The notes under the pieces: model-generated
Database searches by the model: none
The model's input: the letters and a program-made list of their open reading frames with translations, nothing else
Told to the model about the DNA's origin: nothing
Source of the DNA: Candidatus Caldarchaeales archaeon
GTDB lineage: Archaea; Thermoproteota; Nitrososphaeria_A; Caldarchaeales; Calditenuaceae
Length of the DNA stretch: 19,896 nucleotides
Assembly (NCBI GenBank): GCA_032249095.1
Contig: JAVVGN010000035.1
Coordinates: forward strand, 1-19,896
Direction of reading: 5' to 3'
Position numbers and translations under genes: made by a program
Part shown: positions 14,178-19,896 of the stretch, piece after piece
Position numbering within the stretch: position 1 is the first letter of the stretch
Layout of the letters: the number at the start of each line of letters is the position of its first letter

Positions 14178-15354
14178 TCTGTTTTGTTTTTTGCTCTAGG
14201 TAAAGTTTTCTGCCTATGTAGTATGAGATGGCAAGTATTACCGGCGGCAGTATGGTTAGGATGTAGTAGAGGTAGATAAGGCCTCTGAATACGACGTTAA
14301 CGACAACCCAGCCAATAATGCCGCCCAGCCAGTAGAATACGGTGAACTGAGCCAGTTCATCTGATTTGGCAAGCAATAGCATATAGCCCATCACAGGTAG
14401 CGTGAAGAACAACACAGTCCAGCTGACCTGAATAATGTATGCGTATCTGAGACCAGGCGTCACAAGCGGTCCCGTAACTACCCGGGAGAACTCTATCTGA
14501 GCCCCCGGATATATGGCGACGGCTTTAGTGACTGGATAGTTGAAGAACCATTGCCATATCTCGCTCCTCCCGGTCGCTGAGGGATTTGAAATAGACAACC
14601 TTGACAGCATCGCAAAAACCCTCTCGACTAGGTTAGCTCTTGTAGGTGTCAGCAAGACCCACTCAATGAAATACCATACCGCAGCCACGACGGCTGCCGT
14701 GATTAGGGATAACTGCAGGAAAAGACGCCAGTCAAACCTGGCTACCTGCTGTTTATCCCTCTTCGTTCTATCTTTCTTGCTTTCACGCAAAGCCGCGTAA
14801 ACGAGTAGTGGGAGGATGATTATCAAGGCGGCTTCTTTCGAGAGAAAAGCTAGCGCAAAGAACGGCGTAGACAACAGTCTGCGCTCACGCTTCCCGTCGA
14901 GAAGGAAATAAGCCCCCACTAGTAGGAAAACAAGCATGAAAATGTCTATCCTCGCTACCCTCGAAAAGTAGAAGCCTAAAGTCTCGAAAGCGAAGAGAAA
15001 TGAGGCCAGCGGCGCTGCATAAGCGTATTCTTTTCTCCCCCAAAATAGGCGGCGGGCAAGCAAGTAGAACACGGGAATGGCTAGGCTACCGGCTATCACG
15101 GAGCTGACACGCCATCCGAGGGGGTTATCACCCAGAAACCGGATGCCCAAAGATATGAGAATTATAGCTAGCGGTGGATGGCCTACACGGGAGAGTCGGG
15201 GAACCCCCTCTTCGTTAATCCCTAGAGCGTTTCGCGCCTCAGGAACATAATAAACCTCGTCACCTATCGGTTTGTCAGGTATGTCTGCTTTGTACAGGCG
15301 AAGCGCAAAACCCACAAGCGTGAGGCCAATTATGAATAATGTCTGTCTATTCAT
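14095..15354 (-). CDS. GT-C fold glycosyltransferase, dolichyl-phosphate-mannose protein mannosyltransferase / ArnT-like (GT39/PMT_2 type)
   Basis: 419-aa polytopic membrane protein. GDEVYYVPEA lies in the first loop (DE motif of GT-C enzymes), followed by GHPPL. A TATA-like CTTTTAAAG on the minus strand lies about 30 nt upstream of the ATG. Confidence 0.8.
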   Translation of the reverse strand: MNRQTLFIIGLTLVGFALRLYKADIPDKPIGDEVYYVPEARNALGINEEGVPRLSRVGHPPLAIILISLGIRFLGDNPLGWRVSSVIAGSLAIPVFYLLARRLFWGRKEYAYAAPLASFLFAFETLGFYFSRVARIDIFMLVFLLVGAYFLLDGKRERRLLSTPFFALAFLSKEAALIIILPLLVYAALRESKKDRTKRDKQQVARFDWRLFLQLSLITAAVVAAVWYFIEWVLLTPTRANLVERVFAMLSRLSISNPSATGRSEIWQWFFNYPVTKAVAIYPGAQIEFSRVVTGPLVTPGLRYAYIIQVSWTVLFFTLPVMGYMLLLAKSDELAQFTVFYWLGGIIGWVVVNVVFRGLIYLYYILTILPPVILAISYYIGRKLYLEQKTKQIRWTALTLLYCILHLVNFFLLYPVPIP

Positions 15355-15413
15355 GCTCTAGGGCTGCAACGCATCCTCTCTTTAAAAGCTTGGCGGAAGG
15401 ATCCCCTCACCAG

Positions 15414-16580
15414 CTAGGGGTTATATGTCAAAACCCTTGAGAGACCAGTTAAAATTCCTCTGTCTCCAGCTACAATCCATTTCCTCAAGTATGATGCAAG
15501 ACCTAGAGGGCCCAGACGGCGTAGCGTGTTTAGGCGCTTCACTGCCTCGGCGTAGGCCTGCTCCATCAAGGATGCTCCAGTTTCACGAGCTTTCGACACG
15601 ACCTCTACCATGTTTAGGTAGGTCATCCTTGTTATGACTCGCCTGCTCTCCTCAAAGTCCCTGCCTACTAAAGAGAGCGCGCTACCAATCGTACCACCTG
15701 CCGTCGATATTATGTCGGGGATAACGACTATGCTTTCTTTCTCAAGCCGGCGTGTGTGTAAAATGGATACAGGATAGTTTGCTAGCGGGGCTACGACTCT
15801 GCAACGCGGGATACCCTGTATAGCTAGGGGTCTTGCGCCGGGAATATGAACATCAGCCTCAACTCTGAAAATCTCGTCGGGGGGAAGCAACGTAGAGCGT
15901 GGCATGGTAGAGGCATAGATTTTTAGACAATGGTCACCATATTCCAATAGATTCAAGAGATATTCCACGTCTATACATGGTTTTTCAACCAACGTGTAGT
16001 ACCTGTTCGATACCGCAATAATCCTGTAGTTCTGCTTCTGAAGCATGTATGCTGCGGCAGAACCCATGTTCCCGAAGCCTTGGAGCGCAACAGTATCTAA
16101 TCCATCAATCATACACAGCGCCTCCACAGATTTGATGGATGCTGTTAGACTCTCGGCCACTGCTATGCCCGTATTTGACAGTTTGTTTTCACCGAGATGT
16201 AAGGTATGGCGCGTGCTGTAGCCCAGCACCCTCCTCAGTATATATAGGTCGGTCTCGCTGAAACCGATATCTGAGCCGGGTATGTATTTACCTGCATAGC
16301 CGTGGAGGCGTAGCTGTTCCGCCAACGCCTCAATGAGCTGTCTCCTGTTCATGGTCGACGGATTGGCCGCGATGCCTATCTTAGCGCCGCCTATTGGGAT
16401 ACCGGCTAGTGCGGATTTCAACGTCATAACCCTCGCAAGAAGCCTAGTCTCCGCAAGTGTTACGTCGGGCTGTATCCGTATTCCCCCCCAACACCGCCCT
16501 AATACAAGGAAATCTGATACAAGCCAGCCACGTGCCTGTCCTAACTCCAGCACAACCACGCCCCCAGCCGACACGAGCAT
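15414..16580 (-). CDS. Glu/Leu/Phe/Val dehydrogenase family protein (short N-terminus, LeuDH-like length)
   Basis: WGGIRIQP, IGGAKIGIAANP (catalytic Lys motif) and QGFGNMGSAAAYML (Rossmann GxGxxG). 388 aa. Confidence 0.8.
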   Translation of the reverse strand: MLVSAGGVVVLELGQARGWLVSDFLVLGRCWGGIRIQPDVTLAETRLLARVMTLKSALAGIPIGGAKIGIAANPSTMNRRQLIEALAEQLRLHGYAGKYIPGSDIGFSETDLYILRRVLGYSTRHTLHLGENKLSNTGIAVAESLTASIKSVEALCMIDGLDTVALQGFGNMGSAAAYMLQKQNYRIIAVSNRYYTLVEKPCIDVEYLLNLLEYGDHCLKIYASTMPRSTLLPPDEIFRVEADVHIPGARPLAIQGIPRCRVVAPLANYPVSILHTRRLEKESIVVIPDIISTAGGTIGSALSLVGRDFEESRRVITRMTYLNMVEVVSKARETGASLMEQAYAEAVKRLNTLRRLGPLGLASYLRKWIVAGDRGILTGLSRVLTYNP

Positions 16581-16684
16581 AACACATCACCTCGCAGCTT
16601 GTGATTGTTATCTTTTTCAGCATAACAGCGACAGGTGGACAGATACTTATATGCAGCATCCCACCGCTTATCAAGAGGTGATGG
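16581..16684. promoter_or_regulatory. Divergent promoter region between the dehydrogenase gene and lutC
   Basis: ACTTATATGC lies about 30 nt upstream of the lutC ATG (16685). On the minus strand, AAAAGATAAC lies about 30 nt upstream of the dehydrogenase ATG (16580). Confidence 0.35.
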
Positions 16685-17224
16685 ATGTTTTTGTCCATCG
16701 TCTCGCGATTCGTTGAGAGGTTTGTGGAGCAGGGCGGATTGGTCGAGAGGGTTCGCGGCCTGGGGGAGGCCATCTCGAGGGTCGCTGAGGAGGCGCGGAG
16801 GCTGCAGGCCGCTCTCGCGGTGGCGTCGTGTGATCCGGGACTTGTGGAGGCCCTTGAGAGGGAGCTAGATGGTGTCGTTGAGCTATTTCCCCCAAGATCG
16901 CCGCTACAGCTTATAGAGCGTGCGGGTGCTGGCCTCACCTTTCCCGTCGCGGGTGTTGCCGAGACTGGCTCGCTGGTCGAAATATGCTACGACGACGCAG
17001 ATAGGTTGGTCTCTGCCCTCCCCTCCACACACTTCGCCTACCTCAAATCCAGCTCCATAGTCCCCACACTACTCGATGTCGCCGGCACGATTAGGAGGGC
17101 CTCCCAGAAAGGGCCATTCTCCGCCACACTGATATCCGGGCCCAGCAGGACCGCGGACATCGAGCTAACCATAGTTAGGGGGGTCCACGGACCCCACACC
17201 GTGAGACTCTTTCTAGAGGTGTAA
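16685..17224 (+). CDS. lutC: LUD-domain protein, LutC-like (lactate utilization protein C)
   Basis: 179 aa. GVAETGSLV and ISGPSRTADIELTIVRGVHGP are hallmark LUD/DUF162 motifs. Confidence 0.8.
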   Translation: MFLSIVSRFVERFVEQGGLVERVRGLGEAISRVAEEARRLQAALAVASCDPGLVEALERELDGVVELFPPRSPLQLIERAGAGLTFPVAGVAETGSLVEICYDDADRLVSALPSTHFAYLKSSSIVPTLLDVAGTIRRASQKGPFSATLISGPSRTADIELTIVRGVHGPHTVRLFLEV

Positions 17225-17233
17225 CGGCCGATC

Positions 17234-19342
17234 TTGGACCGGTTAAAGGAGCTTGAGGAGGCTGTCGGGAGGCGCCTGTCTCAGGGACCTGTGAAGGGGC
17301 TATACGCGGCGATGGTGAGGGGGCTTACAAGCAGGGCAGTCACGGTCCGAGAGATCCCCAACTTCAACGAGTTTAGGGCTGAGGTGAGGAGGATTAGAGA
17401 GAGGAGCCTCGCCAGGCTCCCACAGCTGCTCGAGATGTTCGTCAGGAACGCGGAGCGCTATGGTGCGAAGGTTCACTACGCGCGGGACGCGACCGAGGCA
17501 AACAAGATAATATGGGGAATAATCGAGGCCTCGGGGGCTAGGCGCCTCGTCAAGTCTAAGTCGCTGACTAGTGAGGAGATAATGCTGAATGAGTCGCTCG
17601 AGGATAAGGGTGTGGAGGTCGTAGAGACCGACTTGGGTGAGAGGATTATACAGCTCGCCCGTGAGCGGCCGAGCCACCTCGTCTTCCCCGCTATACATAG
17701 GTCCCGCGGCGATGTTGCGTCTCTCTTCTCTAGAGAAGCCGGCAGCACCATAGGGGATGACATACACGAGCTCCTCGGATACATTAGGCTGAGGCTGCGA
17801 AAATACTTCCTCGAGGCGAGCGTAGGCCTCAACGGGGCTAACGTCGGAATAGCCGAGTTGGGCGCCGTAGTGCTGGAGACTAACGAGGGGAACGGAAGGC
17901 TCGTAGCAAGCATACCCAAGGTCCAGATAGTGCTCATCGGTGTTGAGAAGATAGTTGAGACGCTTGAGGAGGCCCTGCTTCTTGCTAGGGCCCATGCTGT
18001 CTCGGCGACGGGTCAGCGTGTCACGACGTATGTCTCTTTGATGGCTGGGCGGGCTCCACTGTCAGGTGAGGTGGGAGGCAGGGAGCTCCACATAATCCTG
18101 CTCGACAATGGGAGAATGGGGATGCTTGAGGACGCGTATTTCCGCGAGGCTCTGTACTGTATAAGGTGTGGGGCGTGCATGAATGTATGCGCTCCATATA
18201 GCGTTGTGGGCGGCCACCTATTCGGCCACATCTATCCGGGACCCATAGGCATACCTTGGACGGCGAATGTTCACGGCGTCGAGAACTCCCTGTTCGCTCA
18301 TCTCTGCGTGTCCTGCGGACTCTGTAGAGAGGTCTGCCCCGCGCTGATAAATATCCCGCTGATGATCTCGCGGGTGAAGGAACTTCTCGCCGAGAGGATG
18401 GGGCACCCGCGCGTGAATAGGGCCATGATGATGTATGAGCGGCTCGCTAAGGTGGCCTCGCGTCTAGCACCCGTGAGCAACTGGGGACTCCGCTCAAGAG
18501 TCGTCCGGTATCTGCTGGAGAAGGCGGTCGGACTTGACAGGAGCGTAGCTATCCCCGAGTTCAGGAGGGATAGCTTCGATCGGAGGTTCAGAAGGATAAG
18601 GCGTCAGGTCCCACAGCCAAGAGGCCGCGTCGTTATCTTTACAGACATCTTCGCAAACTATTCGAGACCCGAGATCGGGGAGGCGCTGGTCCGCGCCCTC
18701 TACTCAGCAGGCCTAGATGTTGAGCTTCCCGAGCAACTCTCCTCGGGGTATCCCTTGATAGCGTACGGAGACTTGGAGGGTGCGCGGCGCTATGCGGAGC
18801 GCAACCTCGAGCTCCTCTGGCCCTACGTCAGCCGCGGTTATGAAGTGGTCTCGATAGAACCTACGGCGACCTACACCCTCCGCCACGTATACCCCTGCCT
18901 GCTTCGGGGAGATGCGAGGGCAGAGGAGCTTGCAAGCCACACGCGCGAGGCCCTCGGGGTTTTGAGAGAGCTCGTCGACAAGGGGGAGATCGAGGTAAAG
19001 TCTAGCCGCAGGAGCAGATACGGTGTCCATGTCCCGTGCCACCAGCGAGCCCTCTCGGGGGCCGACAACATATTGGCACTGGCAGGGATGGCCGGTCTAG
19101 ATGTCGAGGTGTTTGAGGATGGGATGTGCTGTGGAATGGGGGGGACCTTCGGGATGAAGAGAGGGCCGATCGGGAGAGGCCTCGCGCTCTCCGTGGGGGA
19201 GAGGCTCTTTAGGCTCTTCACCCAGGGCCGCGCGGAGGCAATATTAACGGAGAGCAGCGTCTGCGCGATACATCTACGCGAAGGCACCGGGCTAGAGGTG
19301 CTGCATCCACTTGAGGTTCTGGAGTTTATGGCGAAAAAATAG
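17234..19342 (+). CDS. lutB: Fused LutB-like (LUD domain + 2x[4Fe-4S]) and LutA/GlcF-like (CCG cysteine-rich) oxidoreductase
   Basis: 702 aa with a TTG start. N-terminal LUD-type region. Ferredoxin motifs CIRCGACMNVCAP and CVSCGLCREVCPA. The C-terminal half has CCG-type motifs (HVPCHQ, MCCGMGGTFG). Confidence 0.82.
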   Translation: MDRLKELEEAVGRRLSQGPVKGLYAAMVRGLTSRAVTVREIPNFNEFRAEVRRIRERSLARLPQLLEMFVRNAERYGAKVHYARDATEANKIIWGIIEASGARRLVKSKSLTSEEIMLNESLEDKGVEVVETDLGERIIQLARERPSHLVFPAIHRSRGDVASLFSREAGSTIGDDIHELLGYIRLRLRKYFLEASVGLNGANVGIAELGAVVLETNEGNGRLVASIPKVQIVLIGVEKIVETLEEALLLARAHAVSATGQRVTTYVSLMAGRAPLSGEVGGRELHIILLDNGRMGMLEDAYFREALYCIRCGACMNVCAPYSVVGGHLFGHIYPGPIGIPWTANVHGVENSLFAHLCVSCGLCREVCPALINIPLMISRVKELLAERMGHPRVNRAMMMYERLAKVASRLAPVSNWGLRSRVVRYLLEKAVGLDRSVAIPEFRRDSFDRRFRRIRRQVPQPRGRVVIFTDIFANYSRPEIGEALVRALYSAGLDVELPEQLSSGYPLIAYGDLEGARRYAERNLELLWPYVSRGYEVVSIEPTATYTLRHVYPCLLRGDARAEELASHTREALGVLRELVDKGEIEVKSSRRSRYGVHVPCHQRALSGADNILALAGMAGLDVEVFEDGMCCGMGGTFGMKRGPIGRGLALSVGERLFRLFTQGRAEAILTESSVCAIHLREGTGLEVLHPLEVLEFMAKK

Positions 19343-19377
19343 GGGCGGTATGGCCGCGGTGATTGTATCGGCCGAAG

Positions 19378-19800
19378 CTATGCGCGCCCGAACCACTCCT
19401 TGACGTGCGTCCTAGTAAGATAGTAGATGATCAGGATGTTTATCAGGATCCCCACTATGCTGGCGGAGTTACCGAGCAGGCTCACGACTCCCAGCACTAT
19501 CCCAACTATCGAGAAGATTATTCCGAGGATCCAGGCCCACCCTCTCCCGGTCCAGAAACCATAGGCCAGCAGGAATGCCACCAGGCCTGCTATGATGAAG
19601 ACTCCTCCAAGCAGCGCCGCCAACGCACCTGCCAGAAATCCTATGCCCGGCAACTCCTCAACCATCCCCATCCCTGCCTCGCCGACTAGTGCGCCAAGCG
19701 CGAAGAATGCGGCAGCCGCTAGGAGGGAAAATATGCCGCCGATAATCTCTAGGACCGCTAAAATGGTTACACCTGTCGGTCTAGTTTTTGTAGACATCAA
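19378..19800 (-). CDS. Small integral membrane protein (about 4 TM), function unknown
   Basis: 140 aa of Gly/Ala/Ile/Leu-rich hydrophobic segments. TATA-like TTTAAAAG on the minus strand lies about 30-35 nt upstream of the ATG. Confidence 0.55.
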   Translation of the reverse strand: MMSTKTRPTGVTILAVLEIIGGIFSLLAAAAFFALGALVGEAGMGMVEELPGIGFLAGALAALLGGVFIIAGLVAFLLAYGFWTGRGWAWILGIIFSIVGIVLGVVSLLGNSASIVGILINILIIYYLTRTHVKEWFGRA

Positions 19801-19896
19801 CCCTTTCTGAGGTGGCTTATACTTAAATCTTTTAAATCTTCTTCGCTCTTAATCCATTTTGTGTTGGTGTTTATAGGTTTTCCCCATCCGTCGATG

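Noticed and set aside
16333-16938. Overlapping ORFs around the dehydrogenase/lutC divergent region (16333-16716, 16444-16938, 16635-16868, 16671-16895)
   Set aside because: They have low-complexity Arg/Pro/Ser translations and overlap two well-supported genes and their promoter region.
17300-19287. Antisense ORFs inside lutB/lutA, including a 231-aa one at 17300-17995
   Set aside because: They have no recognisable motifs, and the sense frame carries LUD, ferredoxin and CCG motifs. Long antisense ORFs are common in GC-rich, AGG/GAG-rich genes.
19363-19810. Plus-strand ORFs 19363-19689 and 19592-19810
   Set aside because: They are antisense to a coherent 4-TM membrane protein, and their translations are Pro/Ser/Ala-rich low complexity.

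Overview
This looks like an archaeal chromosome segment, probably from a hyperthermophilic crenarchaeote. The evidence is AGG/AGA-Arg and ATA-Ile rich codon usage, A/T-rich TATA-like boxes about 25 nt upstream of start codons, and a short archaeal-type triosephosphate isomerase. Ordinary content: a phnE-phnC-phnD type ABC importer operon (-), tpiA (-), a GH127 beta-L-arabinofuranosidase-like gene (+), a large (829 aa) malate synthase (-), lutC plus a fused lutB/lutA-like Fe-S oxidoreductase (+), and a small membrane protein (-). A visibly more A/T-rich block (about 11.85-16.6 kb) carries a disrupted PaaK/CapK-like ligase, a methyltransferase, a GT-C/PMT-like glycosyltransferase and a short Glu/Leu/Phe/Val-type dehydrogenase. 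The unusual part is the first 7 kb. A 300-380 bp element occurs three times on the same strand (686-1066, 4895-5239, about 6763-7057). Copies 2 and 3 are identical over 249 nt, while copy 1 is old and diverged. The right half of the element diverges like a protein-coding sequence (synonymous, third-position substitutions and in-frame indels), yet no copy has a clean conventional ORF. The left edge supplies the same TATA-like promoter module, at the same spacing, to two unrelated minus-strand mobility genes. One is a free-standing HTH-LAGLIDADG endonuclease-like gene (1-663, GTG start, absent from the ORF track). The other is a frameshifted IS110-like DEDD recombinase gene (3979-4870). I cannot name the element. 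Candidate explanations are a mobile module with interchangeable mobility genes, a recoded small regulator, or the guide-RNA-bearing non-coding end of an IS110-type element. No CRISPR array, tRNA or rRNA was found.
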